Positions 1-9,892 of a stretch of 64,000 nucleotides of DNA are shown here, piece by piece. Positions within the stretch are counted from its first letter, which is position 1. The number at the start of each line of letters is the position of its first letter. The position numbers and the translations under genes were made by a program. The DNA comes from Polyangiales bacterium (GTDB taxonomy: Bacteria > Myxococcota_A > Polyangia > Polyangiales > Ga0077539). The notes below the pieces were generated by a model. The model ran no database searches. It saw only the letters and a list, made by a program, of their open reading frames with translations, and had not been told where the DNA came from. The stretch covers positions 224,001 to 288,000 of the forward strand of contig JBGARZ010000007.1 in NCBI GenBank assembly GCA_044229975.1, written 5' to 3'.

Positions 1-2
1 TC

Positions 3-968
3 CCCGGACCCAACTCGACAGAGATGGCCATCCACATCGGGTGGGAGCGCCGTCGCTGGGCAGGGCTCGCCGTGGCAGGTGTCGCGTTCATCCTGCCGGC
101 GACGCTCATCACGGGCGCCCTCGGGTGGGCCTACGCGCGCTTCGGCACCGTGCCCTCCGCGCGGTGGCTGCTCTACGGGGTCAAGCCGGTGATCGTCGCC
201 GTCGTCGTGCAGGCGCTGTGGGCCATCGCCCCGAAGGCCGCGCGCACCGTCAAGCTGCGGGTGCTCGGCGTCGGCGCGGTGACTCTCGCCGCGCTCGGCG
301 GGCACGAGCTCGCGATCTTGTTCGGGACGGGCGCGGTGAGCCTCCTGGTCGCACGCGCGCGCCCCGCCGAGGGGACGACCCGATCGGCGATGTACCCGCT
401 CCTCCCCGCGCTCCCCGTCGCGGTGAGCGGCGCCGCGAGCGCGGTGAGCGTCGGGTCGATCTTCTGGCTGTTTCTCAAGACAGGATCGGTGCTCTTCGGC
501 AGCGGCTATGTGCTCCTTGCGTTTCTGCGCGCCGACCTCGTCGAGCGCCTCCATTGGTTGACCGAAGCCCAGCTCCTCGACGCCATCGCGGTCGGTCAGG
601 TCACACCGGGACCGGTGTTCACGACGGCGACCTTCATCGGCTACGTCCTCGCGGGGCCACGCGGCGCGCTCGTCGCGACGGCGGGCATCTTCCTCCCGGC
701 CTTCGTCTTCGTGGCGTTGAGCGGTCCGTTGATCCCGCGGCTGCGCGCCTCCGCGACGGCCGGCGCCTTCCTCGACGGCGTCAACGTCGCGTCGCTCGCG
801 CTCATGGCGGTGGTGACGGCGCAGCTCGGTCGGGCGGCGCTCGTGGACGCGACGACGGTGCTGCTGGCCGTCGCGAGCGCCGCGCTGCTGGTGCGATGGA
901 AGGTCAACTCGACGTGGCTGGTGCTCGGCGGCGCGGCGCTCGGATGGGCGCTCCACGGCGCGCGGTAG
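3..968 (+). CDS. chrA: Chromate efflux transporter (CHR family), 5' truncated by window edge
   Basis: PGPNSTEMAIHIG at window start, FGSGYVL, GQVTPGPVFTTATFIGY and IFLPAF motifs; multiple TM segments. Confidence 0.93.
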   Translation, partial: PGPNSTEMAIHIGWERRRWAGLAVAGVAFILPATLITGALGWAYARFGTVPSARWLLYGVKPVIVAVVVQALWAIAPKAARTVKLRVLGVGAVTLAALGGHELAILFGTGAVSLLVARARPAEGTTRSAMYPLLPALPVAVSGAASAVSVGSIFWLFLKTGSVLFGSGYVLLAFLRADLVERLHWLTEAQLLDAIAVGQVTPGPVFTTATFIGYVLAGPRGALVATAGIFLPAFVFVALSGPLIPRLRASATAGAFLDGVNVASLALMAVVTAQLGRAALVDATTVLLAVASAALLVRWKVNSTWLVLGGAALGWALHGAR

Positions 969-1025
969 GGAACCTCAGCTCCATCGCGATCGAGGTCGTT
1001 GCGTCCGTTCGCGGATGGGGGTCGG

Positions 1026-1634
1026 TCACCCCTGCGCGAGCAGGGCCGCGCGGTACCGTCGCACCGCGCCGGACTGGTCGTCGCCGTCGACGAAGGACGC
1101 GAGCTCCGCGAGGTCGAGCGCCGGGACGAGCTCGCTCCGCGCGATGCGCTCGTAGCCCTTCCCCTTCCGGAGCGCGTACACGTCGATCCGGCCCTCCTCC
1201 CACATCCACAGCTCAGGGACGCGGAGCCCGCGGTACACCTCCACCTTGTCGAGGCTGCCGTGCGTCCACGTGACCTCGATGGCGATGTCGGGCACGGCCC
1301 TGCGCGGCCCGAGCGAGTAGCACTCGTCGGGCTCGACGGCGCGCGCCCGAGCCTTCTTCCGGAGGGTCCACGAGCCGTAGCCGTTGAGGGCGAGGCCGCG
1401 CGCGTCGGCGTAGGCCTCGACGAGACGCGCCAGGCATTTCTTGATGCCCTCGTGATTGAACGATGGGCTCATCAGCTCCAGCTCCCCCTCCAGGTACGTG
1501 ATGCGCACGCCCGACGACTCACCGCGCATGTCGATGAACGCCAGGAGCTGCGCCCAGCTCACGTTGTGCAAGACGATGTGCTGATCGCCCGGGTCTGCCG
1601 TCGCTTCGGCCTGCAACGCGTGCGCGACGCTCAT
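1026..1634 (-). CDS. Uma2 family (DUF820) endonuclease
   Basis: YLEGELELMSPSFNHE, EPDECY, PDIAIEV, YRGLRVPELW motifs. Confidence 0.92.
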   Translation of the reverse strand: MSVAHALQAEATADPGDQHIVLHNVSWAQLLAFIDMRGESSGVRITYLEGELELMSPSFNHEGIKKCLARLVEAYADARGLALNGYGSWTLRKKARARAVEPDECYSLGPRRAVPDIAIEVTWTHGSLDKVEVYRGLRVPELWMWEEGRIDVYALRKGKGYERIARSELVPALDLAELASFVDGDDQSGAVRRYRAALLAQG

Positions 1635-1869
1635 GGTGTCGGCGACTCCAGCATCCGGCCCCGCGCCGTGTCAACGCGACGGTGATTTCAGCGAACACCG
1701 AGCCGTCGCGACCGCGCGGCGCTCGACCACACCGCCACGCCGCGCGACGACATCGCCGTGGTGGTGGCGACATGGCGACCGGGCGGGGTGAGTCGAAGAC
1801 CGTCGAATCGCCGAGGCTGGTGCCGGACGAACGTTGCGCGCCTTCGACGCGCGGCGGTAGCTTCGCCGG

Positions 1870-2244
1870 ATGCTCACCGTCCGCGACGCGCAGCTTGATG
1901 CCTTGCAACTGCAACGGGACGAGAGTGTGCTCCGCGAGCTCGTCGATCACCTGCATCGACGGCTGCCGGAGAGCTGCGCGCGGCTGGGCGGTCGGCGCGA
2001 GCTGCGCGGGTTCGTCGAGCAGGGGCTGCCGCGGGCCCTCGCGCTCGGCGTCCGGTCGGTCGCGACGCTGGCCGCGCTCTTCGAGCTGTGGCTGCAGTTC
2101 GGCGGCGAGCTCGAGCGCAGCCCGCTGCGCGCCTGGTCGCTGACGATCCTCGCGCACCCGATCATGGCCGGAGAGCTCAAGGTCGAGACGATCTGGGCGC
2201 GCCACGACAGCTACACCGAAGGTCGCCGGGTCGTGCCGGCGTGA
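1870..2244 (+). CDS. Hypothetical 124-aa helical protein, resembling small DUF4123-associated adaptor/co-chaperone proteins
   Basis: MLTVRDAQLDAL start and RALALGV...LFELWLQFGGE pattern; 16 bp upstream of the next gene; family link is from memory. Confidence 0.6.
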   Translation: MLTVRDAQLDALQLQRDESVLRELVDHLHRRLPESCARLGGRRELRGFVEQGLPRALALGVRSVATLAALFELWLQFGGELERSPLRAWSLTILAHPIMAGELKVETIWARHDSYTEGRRVVPA

Positions 2245-2260
2245 GCGGGGAGCGCGCGCA

Positions 2261-4915
2261 ATGACCCCGTGCGTCAACTGTGGGAGGCCCCTGGTCTGCG
2301 CGTGCGCGAGGACGCAGTCCGCCGGACACGTCATCGCGCGCTGCAACTCGACGAAGGCCGCGATCTGGGCGCTCGCGATCACCGAGTCCGGCAAGTGCGT
2401 CGGCGACGTCAGGATCTCCACCGACGGCGTGGCGCCGGGCGTTCCCACCGACTCGAACGGCGTGGTGCGCTTCGACGGCCTCACCGACGGCGCCACCTAC
2501 CCGGTCACGCTCGCGCGGCTCGAGCCGCCGCACTCCGCCCTCTACGACCTGGTCGGGCCGGTCACCAAGAGCGTCGTCGCCCGGCAGGCGACCATCACGC
2601 AGGTGCTGTTCGTGCTGCCCGAGAAGGCCACCCTGCGCGTCGAGCTGAAGCCGATCGGCTTCGTCGACCTGCCCGGGGCCAAGGTCGTGCTGAGCCGCGT
2701 CGTGTCGCGCAAGTACCAGGACGGTAAGACCACCGTCGAGCTCGAAGAGGTCGCGAAGCTCGCGCACGCCGGCGGCGTGGTCGACTTCGGGGCCCGGCCC
2801 GCGCGCTCCTATCGCATCACCGTGGAGGTCGAGAAGCCGGACGACGCCAGGTACGGCGCCGGCGTCATCGACTTCGAGCTCGCGCCGAAGGAGGACAAGG
2901 TCGTCGAGGTCGAGCTCCACCGGTGGTTCTCGCAGGTGCGCTTCGTCGGGCTGTGCCTCGCGACGGTGGGCCGACAGGTGTGGGCCGGCGACGGGGCGAT
3001 GGCCAAGGACTATGTGACCGAGTGCATGAGCGGTCAGGTCGTCGCCCCCGATCCGACCTCGGTCGCCGACTTCGCGGAACACCTGTCGGACTACTGGGGG
3101 CTGAAGAAGCAGACCCACTGGAAGGCGCGTTACAACGGGCCGAAGCTGGACGTCGACGACATCAAGGCGCGCGTCGGTTACCTGCGCAGCGCCATCGAGA
3201 TGGCGGCGACCAAGGTGTCGTCCGACGACACCGAGCTCAAGGTGTTCGTCGCGCCCGAGTGCTACTTCCTCGGCCGCTACGGCGCCTACCCCCACGAGGT
3301 GTTCGGCGACCTGATCAAGGCCCTCCAAGACCTCGTCGAGGACCCGAAGTGGAGGGCGTGGGTCTTCGTGTTCGGCACCGTCAACGGCTTCTACAAGCTC
3401 GATGGCGACGTCACGCACATGTTCAACATCTCGCCGGTCATCCGCGGCGGGTGGTCCGGCAAGGACGCCAACAAGCACACCCGCCTGTTGCAGAAGTCAT
3501 TCTTCTCGGCCGAAATCATCGCGAGCGCCGACCTCATACCGGCGCCCGACCTCGACCGCCCGCAGATCGTCGAGGAGACCGTGGGCGCGAGCTTCCACAC
3601 CACGCAGAACGACGAGATCGTCGTGAAGCGGGTGCGCGAGATCGCGGCCGACATCGGCGTGGGCGCGATCCAGGACAAGACCAAGATCAACGACTGGATC
3701 ATCGGGCGCTGGGAGAAGGTGAAGGAGTTCGCCGAGCGGGAGCTGGCGAACAGGACCGAGCCGGCCTTCGTCGCCGACCTGCGCGCGACCCCGCCCGAGG
3801 ACGGGCGCCGGGCCCCCAACGTGCCCGACAACGCCAAGGCCGACCTGCGCTACCTGCTGGGCAAGTACCTCGAGCCCGGCACCGCGGAGCGCATCGCCAG
3901 GCCGCGCGACGACACCTTCAACTTCCGGGATTTCACCTTCAGCTGCGTGCGCATCCCCGGCCCGTGGCTCGACGAGACCGCGGTCGGCGAACCGAAGGAC
4001 ACCCGCCACACCAGGCTCACCTTCGCGGTGGAGATCTGCGCCGACCACAACAACGGGCGCGTCATCACCTCGATGGCGTCGGTGGCCGCGCACGAGCGCC
4101 CGGACATCCACGTCGTGCCGTCGGCGGGCATGGTGCTGAACGAGGCGCGCGTGTGCGTCGTCGACCAGGGCTTCGCGTTCAATTGCGACGGCTGGAACGC
4201 GCCGGGGTTCGCCGTCTCGCTCAGCAAGCGCGCGGGCCACATCGTGTTCGAGCTCGACGAGCGCATCCCCCGGAAGTCGGGCGCCAACCCGCTCACGCCC
4301 CACACCGAGCTGACCCAGCGCAACGGGGGCGACCTCGTGTTCTTCAAGGGCGCCATCGACAAGACCGACGTCGGCGAGGACTGCAGCGACATCTTCGGCT
4401 ACCGCACGCCGGACGAGCGGCAGCGCTACGCCGACGACATGGCCGACCTGCGCGAGGGCATCTCCGCGGGCTTCGAGGTCGGCCTCCAGGGCGCGCTGAC
4501 CGAAGCGACGAAGGCGCTCGCGTCCAGGGAGCAGCTGCTGAGCGACCACGACCTCAAGATCACTGCGAAGCAGGAGGAGATCCGCTTGAAGCAGGAGGAG
4601 ATCGTGCAGGCCATGCAGCCACCGCCTTCGAGCGGTCCGAATGCTTCGGGCGGGGTGCCTCCGTCCGTGCCCGACACGAGCGCCCTCGAAGCCCGGAAGA
4701 AGAAGCTCCAGCAGGAACTCGGCGTGCTCGAGCGAAACCGCAAGAACCTGGTGAAGACACGCGACGAAGCGGCCGAGCACGAGCGCGCCGTCCACGAAGC
4801 GCTCGACAACGTGGCCTCGCGCCCGAAGCCGGTCGGCCCGAACCCACCCGAGCCGATGCACGGCGGCCAGCTCCACGTCTACCCCCCGCAGGAGCTGCCC
4901 AAGACCTACGCGTGA
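2261..4915 (+). CDS. 884-aa multidomain protein: N-terminal transthyretin/carboxypeptidase-regulatory-like beta domains, divergent carbon-nitrogen hydrolase (nitrilase-fold) domain, coiled coil
   Basis: TDSNGVVRFDGL..G.Y.V N-terminal motif; VFVAPECYF (E), LLQKSFFS (K), AVEICADH (C) triad-like motifs; strong GC3 codon bias. Confidence 0.7.
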   Translation: MTPCVNCGRPLVCACARTQSAGHVIARCNSTKAAIWALAITESGKCVGDVRISTDGVAPGVPTDSNGVVRFDGLTDGATYPVTLARLEPPHSALYDLVGPVTKSVVARQATITQVLFVLPEKATLRVELKPIGFVDLPGAKVVLSRVVSRKYQDGKTTVELEEVAKLAHAGGVVDFGARPARSYRITVEVEKPDDARYGAGVIDFELAPKEDKVVEVELHRWFSQVRFVGLCLATVGRQVWAGDGAMAKDYVTECMSGQVVAPDPTSVADFAEHLSDYWGLKKQTHWKARYNGPKLDVDDIKARVGYLRSAIEMAATKVSSDDTELKVFVAPECYFLGRYGAYPHEVFGDLIKALQDLVEDPKWRAWVFVFGTVNGFYKLDGDVTHMFNISPVIRGGWSGKDANKHTRLLQKSFFSAEIIASADLIPAPDLDRPQIVEETVGASFHTTQNDEIVVKRVREIAADIGVGAIQDKTKINDWIIGRWEKVKEFAERELANRTEPAFVADLRATPPEDGRRAPNVPDNAKADLRYLLGKYLEPGTAERIARPRDDTFNFRDFTFSCVRIPGPWLDETAVGEPKDTRHTRLTFAVEICADHNNGRVITSMASVAAHERPDIHVVPSAGMVLNEARVCVVDQGFAFNCDGWNAPGFAVSLSKRAGHIVFELDERIPRKSGANPLTPHTELTQRNGGDLVFFKGAIDKTDVGEDCSDIFGYRTPDERQRYADDMADLREGISAGFEVGLQGALTEATKALASREQLLSDHDLKITAKQEEIRLKQEEIVQAMQPPPSSGPNASGGVPPSVPDTSALEARKKKLQQELGVLERNRKNLVKTRDEAAEHERAVHEALDNVASRPKPVGPNPPEPMHGGQLHVYPPQELPKTYA

Positions 4916-5030
4916 CGCGCGGTCGGCGTCGCGCCGCCCAGCACGGCGCCAGGCCCCGCCGGTAACCGAGGCGCCCACCAGCGCCCGCCGAAGCCCCTCT
5001 CCGTCGCCCCCGCGGCGTCGACTGGCCCCT

Positions 5031-6107
5031 CTACCGCTCCGCCTCCACCCGCACCTGCGCCAGCCCCTGCGCGTCGATGGCCGCCTCCACCTGCGCGCGC
5101 ACCCGCTCGTCCCACCGCGTGCGCGCCGCCTCCCGGGCCTGCTCGTAGCGCTCGCGCATCATCCGGTGCAGCACCCGCCGCCGCACGCTCTCCAGCGCCA
5201 GCGTCTCCGCCTCGCGCCGACCGAGCCGCTGCACCACCGCCCAGCCCGCCACGCGCCGCTGCCTCGGCCTCCGCCTCACCACCACCGTCGTCGTGATGGT
5301 CACCCGCACCGGTCGTTCGGTCACCGCACCATCTTCTGCCAAGGCAAACGCCGCCTCCACCACCGCGCTCCCCACCGCCGCCGGAACCTCCTCCCGCCGC
5401 AGCTCCCCCAGGTCGCCGTGGTCCCTCGCGCGCAGCGGGTCGATGCTCTGCCCGAGGAGGTCTTCGAAGGCCGCCCCCGCGCGCAGCGCCGCGCCCGCCG
5501 TCAGCGCCGCTGCCTGCGTCCGTAGAATCAGCCACCGCGCCCGCACCCTCACCGGTCGCTGGAAGTCGTCCGCGTGCGCCGCGTACCACCGCGCCACCGT
5601 GGCGTCGTCGGGCGTCGTCAGCGCCGCCAGCGTCTCGGCCCGCAGGAGCCCCTCGGCCAGCGCCTCGGTCACCGCGCGGTCGCTCCCGCCGTCCGCCGCC
5701 TCGCGGGCCAGCGCCGCCGCTCCCTCCTCCGCCACCAGCTCGTCGACCAGCGCGCGCGCGCTCAAGGGGGGCAGTCCCTCGCGCGTCCGTCGCCACGCTC
5801 GCAGCGCCACGTCGCACACCGTCAGCCCGACGCCACCGACGCGGGCCACCACCACGGAGGCGTTTTCCGTCTCCACGGGACAACGTCCATTCCAGGCGAG
5901 GGAGACAGCGCCAGCATCGGTTGTCGGGAGAGAGCCCCCGTCGCGCCCAACGGACACCGAAGCGGCAGTGCGGAGGGCCGGCGGGTCACCGGGGAAGGTG
6001 CAGGTCGTCGTGGCCGCCAACACGGTCCAGAGGACAAGTCTGTGCGTCCGGCTGCCGTGGGTTTCAACCCGCGGCGGCCGGGCGCATCGGGTGGTTCCCA
6101 CTTCCAT
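5031..6107 (-). CDS. PpiC/parvulin-type peptidyl-prolyl isomerase-like (SurA/PrsA-like) protein
   Basis: WYAAHADDFQRPVRVRARWLIL, FEDL...SIDP...GDLG, EAAFAL; ATG overlaps mfd stop (TGATG). Confidence 0.75.
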   Translation of the reverse strand: MEVGTTRCARPPRVETHGSRTHRLVLWTVLAATTTCTFPGDPPALRTAASVSVGRDGGSLPTTDAGAVSLAWNGRCPVETENASVVVARVGGVGLTVCDVALRAWRRTREGLPPLSARALVDELVAEEGAAALAREAADGGSDRAVTEALAEGLLRAETLAALTTPDDATVARWYAAHADDFQRPVRVRARWLILRTQAAALTAGAALRAGAAFEDLLGQSIDPLRARDHGDLGELRREEVPAAVGSAVVEAAFALAEDGAVTERPVRVTITTTVVVRRRPRQRRVAGWAVVQRLGRREAETLALESVRRRVLHRMMRERYEQAREAARTRWDERVRAQVEAAIDAQGLAQVRVEAER

Positions 6108-9100
6108 CACCCCGTCACCAGCGGCTCCAGCTCCGCGAGCATCGCCTCGGCGTGGTTGATCCCTTCGCCCACCTCGAAGCGGCGCGACAGCTTCATGTCC
6201 GGTGAGAGCTTGTACGGCGACCTTCGATTCGCGCACAGCTCCATCACCTTCGCGGCGTCGAGCGGCGAGTCCTCCTTCAGGTGAATCACCACACGCTCGC
6301 GGTTGGCCTCGATGCCCAGCGCGCGCAGCTTCCGCAGCCGCACCTTCACCGCCATCACGCGCACCAGCAGCCGCGCGGGCGGCGGCGCCGGGCCGAAGCG
6401 GTCTTCCATCTCCGTCGCAAACTCCTGCACGTCGTCATCGCTGAACGCGCTCGCCAGTCGCTTGTACAACGACAGCCGAACCCCGACGTCCTCGATATAC
6501 TCCTCGGGAAGGTAGTTGGGCTCGTCGAAGGTGAGCTCCGGGTCGACGCCCGGAATCACCGGCTGACCCTTCAGCTCACCAATCGCCTCTTCCAACATCT
6601 GGCAATACAGGTCGAAGCCCACCGCCGACACGTTGCCCGACTGCTCGGCGCCCAGCAGATCACCCGCGCCGCGCAGCTCCATGTCCAGGGAAGCCACCTG
6701 GAAGCCCGACCCCAGTTCGGTGAAGCGCTCGATGGCGTCGATGCGCGCCCTCGCCTCATCGCTCATCTTCGACACCGGCGGAACAAACAAGTAGCAATAC
6801 GCCCGCTCCCGCGACCGACCCACGCGACCGCGCAACTGATAGAGCTGCGACAGCCCGAAGAGATCAGCCCGGTCGAGAATCATCGTGTTGGCGCGCGGGA
6901 TGTCGATGCCGCTCTCGATGATGGCCGTCGCGCAGAGCACGTCGTAGCGCCCTTCGATGAAGTCCATCATCACCGTCTCCAGCGTCTCCGGCGCCATCTG
7001 CCCGTGCGCCACCGCCACCCGCACGCTGGGCAACAGCTTCTGGAGCTTGTCGGCCCGCTCGTAGAGCCCCTCGATGCGGTTGTACACATAGAAGACCTGG
7101 CCGCCGCGGGCGAGCTCGCGGGTCACGGCCTCCTTCAACACATTGGCGTCCTCGCGACACACCACGGTACGGATGGCGCGACGGTCCATCGGGGCGGTGG
7201 TGATGAGGGAGAGGTCGCGCATGCCCGCCACCGCCATCTGGAGCGTGCGGGGAATCGGGGTCGCCGAGAGCGTGAGCACGTCGAGCTGCGCCCGAAGCTG
7301 CTTGATGCGCTCTTTGTGGGTCACACCGAAGCGCTGCTCCTCATCGACCACCAACAGACCAAGGTCCTTGAAGTGAACGTCTTTCGAGAGCAGACGGTGG
7401 GTGCCTACCACCACGTCGATCTTGCCTTCCTTGAGGCGTTTGATGGTGTCGCGCTGCTCGGCCGCGGTCACGAAGCGCGAGAGCACCGCGACCTCCAACG
7501 GATACGGCGAGAAGCGGTCGGCGAAGGTTCGGTAGTGCTGCTGCGCGAGCACCGTGGTGGGACACAGCACCGCCACCTGCGCGCCCTGGATGGCGACGTG
7601 GAAGGCAGCCCGCAAAGCCACTTCGGTCTTGCCGAAGCCGACGTCACCGCAGACGAGGCGGTCCATCGGGGTGGGCGCTTCGAGGTCGCCCATCACCTCG
7701 TCGATGGCGCGCACCTGGTCGCCCGTCTCTTCAAAGGGGAAGGTCGCCTCGAACTCCTGATCCAACATCCCCTTCGGTGGAAACACCCGCCCGGGGTGCG
7801 CCTTGCGCTCTGCCTGCAATCGCAAGAGCTCATCGGCCATCTGGCGGACGGCGCGCTCGACGCGGGCCTTGGCCTTCGCGAAGGTGCTTCCACCCAACCG
7901 ATCGACGCGCGGTGTGCCTTCGCCGCCCGTGAACTTCTGGATCTGGTTGAGTCGGGTAACCGGCAGGTAGAGCTTGTCGCCGCCGGAGTACTCGATGATG
8001 AGGACATCGATCTTCTGGGTTCCGACTTCGCGGTGGATGAGGCCGAGGTACTTCCCGATGCCGTGGTCGACGTGCACCACGAAGTCGCCCACCGCGAGCG
8101 CGCGCAGGTCGTCGATGAAGGGGCGCGCCCCCGACTCGCCGTTGCGGCGACGGGTGGTGCGACGCGCGCGGGCGCCGAAGATCTCCTCCTCGGTGACCAA
8201 CGCGAGCAGCCGCGACGGGAGCGCGAAGCCGCGCGCGAGGTCGCCCACCACCACTTCGACCGCGGCGGTGTCGGGGCGATGTTCGCGCTGGAGGAGGGCG
8301 GGGGAGAAGGTTCCGTGGTGGGCTTTCACCGCGAGGCCGTGGCCGCGGGCGATGGTGGCGATGCGCTCGGCCTGCGTGGGCGTGTGCGCCGTGAGCAGCA
8401 CCCGGTAGCCCTCCTCGAACCAGTAGCGGCACTGCTCCACCAGCGGAACGAGCGCGTCGCTCTTGCCCTTCTCGGCGCGCATCGACTTGATGTCTGCGGC
8501 GAGGCGAGACAACGGATCGGCCCCAAGGTCGATGACGGCCGCGTCCATCGGGACGTGTTCGAGGCCAGCAGGGTCGTCGTCGGTCGCACCCTCGGTAGAG
8601 CGAACGACGAGCTCGTGGTGCGCGGCCACGGGGAAGGCGGAGAGCGCGGCGAAGAGCTCGGGCTCGGTGAGGTAGTGGTCGGCGAAGGCGAAGGTCGGGA
8701 GGCGCTTCTCGACGCGGGCGCGGTGGTCGTCGGCGCCGCGGGTGAGCTCGTCGCGGAGGGCAGAGAGGCAGCGGGAGGAGTGGTTCCAGACGACGCGGAG
8801 GGAGGATGGGAGGTAGGCGGTGATGGGTTCGAGCGCGTCGTAGTACGCGGGGAGAAACCCTTCGGCGCCGAAGAAGGCGCGGCCGCTGTCGACGTCTTCG
8901 AGGAGCTTGCTCGATTGATGGCTCGGGAGGTCGACGGCGTCAGCGAGCTCGCGCACACGGCGGCGGGCGCGGGCCCGTTCGGCGTCGCCGACGAGGGCTT
9001 CGCGAACGGGGTGGAGGAAGAGTTCCTTGATGGGGCGGACGGTGCGCTGGCCTTCGGGGTCGAAGAGCTTGATGGTGAGGCAGAGGTCTTCGTCGAGCTC

Positions 9101-9727
9101 GACGCGGGCGGGCCAGCGCGAGCTCGGCGGCCACACGTCGATGACGGCGCCGCGGGCCGCGAAGGTGCCGGGATCTTCCACCACCGGGACGCGCAGGTAG
9201 CCGCCCTCGACGAGACCCTGGAGCAGCTTGTCGCGGTCGACGAGCTCCTCGGCCTGCACCAGGTCGCAGCGCGGGGTGAGCGCGGCGCGAGGCACCACGC
9301 GGCGCACGAGGGCGGGCGCGGGGACGACGAGCACGCGCCACGGGAGGGCTTGCGACAGGTGGAAGAGCGTCGCGAGGCGGGACATCGCGGTGCGGCGATC
9401 GGGCGCCACGTCGACGAAGGGGGACTGCTCGGGCGAGGGGAGGACGAGCACCTCGCCGCGGCCTTCTTCGGCGGCGTCGCGGTCTTCGGGGGTTCCGAGG
9501 AAGAAGGCGACGTCGGCGGCGAGGCGGCGGGCTTCTTCGGCGTCGGCGGTGACCACGACGAGGGGGAGGGCGCCGGGCGCGCGAGCGGACTCGGCGAGGA
9601 AGAGGCCGAGGGCGCCGCCGCCGGCGCGGACGAGGTCGTGGCGCGGAGCGGGTGGTGCTTCGGTGAAGCGGCGCACCGCGACGGTGAGGTCGAGGCCGAG
9701 CGAGAGGGTGGGAGAGTCGTCGTCCAC
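6107..9727 (-). CDS. mfd: Transcription-repair coupling factor
   Basis: VHVDHGIGKY (CarD/RID domain), CGDVGFGKTEVA, VVDEEQRFG, LSATPIPRTL, QLRGRVGRS, TRCF C-terminus; GTG start at 9727 inferred. Confidence 0.97.
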   Translation of the reverse strand: MDDDSPTLSLGLDLTVAVRRFTEAPPAPRHDLVRAGGGALGLFLAESARAPGALPLVVVTADAEEARRLAADVAFFLGTPEDRDAAEEGRGEVLVLPSPEQSPFVDVAPDRRTAMSRLATLFHLSQALPWRVLVVPAPALVRRVVPRAALTPRCDLVQAEELVDRDKLLQGLVEGGYLRVPVVEDPGTFAARGAVIDVWPPSSRWPARVELDEDLCLTIKLFDPEGQRTVRPIKELFLHPVREALVGDAERARARRRVRELADAVDLPSHQSSKLLEDVDSGRAFFGAEGFLPAYYDALEPITAYLPSSLRVVWNHSSRCLSALRDELTRGADDHRARVEKRLPTFAFADHYLTEPELFAALSAFPVAAHHELVVRSTEGATDDDPAGLEHVPMDAAVIDLGADPLSRLAADIKSMRAEKGKSDALVPLVEQCRYWFEEGYRVLLTAHTPTQAERIATIARGHGLAVKAHHGTFSPALLQREHRPDTAAVEVVVGDLARGFALPSRLLALVTEEEIFGARARRTTRRRNGESGARPFIDDLRALAVGDFVVHVDHGIGKYLGLIHREVGTQKIDVLIIEYSGGDKLYLPVTRLNQIQKFTGGEGTPRVDRLGGSTFAKAKARVERAVRQMADELLRLQAERKAHPGRVFPPKGMLDQEFEATFPFEETGDQVRAIDEVMGDLEAPTPMDRLVCGDVGFGKTEVALRAAFHVAIQGAQVAVLCPTTVLAQQHYRTFADRFSPYPLEVAVLSRFVTAAEQRDTIKRLKEGKIDVVVGTHRLLSKDVHFKDLGLLVVDEEQRFGVTHKERIKQLRAQLDVLTLSATPIPRTLQMAVAGMRDLSLITTAPMDRRAIRTVVCREDANVLKEAVTRELARGGQVFYVYNRIEGLYERADKLQKLLPSVRVAVAHGQMAPETLETVMMDFIEGRYDVLCATAIIESGIDIPRANTMILDRADLFGLSQLYQLRGRVGRSRERAYCYLFVPPVSKMSDEARARIDAIERFTELGSGFQVASLDMELRGAGDLLGAEQSGNVSAVGFDLYCQMLEEAIGELKGQPVIPGVDPELTFDEPNYLPEEYIEDVGVRLSLYKRLASAFSDDDVQEFATEMEDRFGPAPPPARLLVRVMAVKVRLRKLRALGIEANRERVVIHLKEDSPLDAAKVMELCANRRSPYKLSPDMKLSRRFEVGEGINHAEAMLAELEPLVTG

Positions 9728-9892
9728 GGGGGGAGCGGCGTAGCACGCTCCGACGCCCGCAGCCTGAGCGCGAACCTGGCAGCGTGCGGAGCCCTGCCCC
9801 TGCGCCCTGAGCGCGGGGGTAGGGCGCGCGGCAGCGGGGAAGGGGGCCACCACAACCGACGCCTCGGGAAGGACGTCCGGTATCCTCGCGCC

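Noticed and set aside
1026..1634. Uma2 nuclease as part of a system with the 1870-4915 module
   Set aside because: Uma2 genes are abundant and scattered in myxobacteria; divergent orientation alone is not evidence of linkage
6281..9892. N-terminal 1200 aa of the 1752-aa plus-strand ORF
   Set aside because: Antisense shadow of mfd in GC-rich DNA; only the part from GTG 9893 has a signal peptide and real domains
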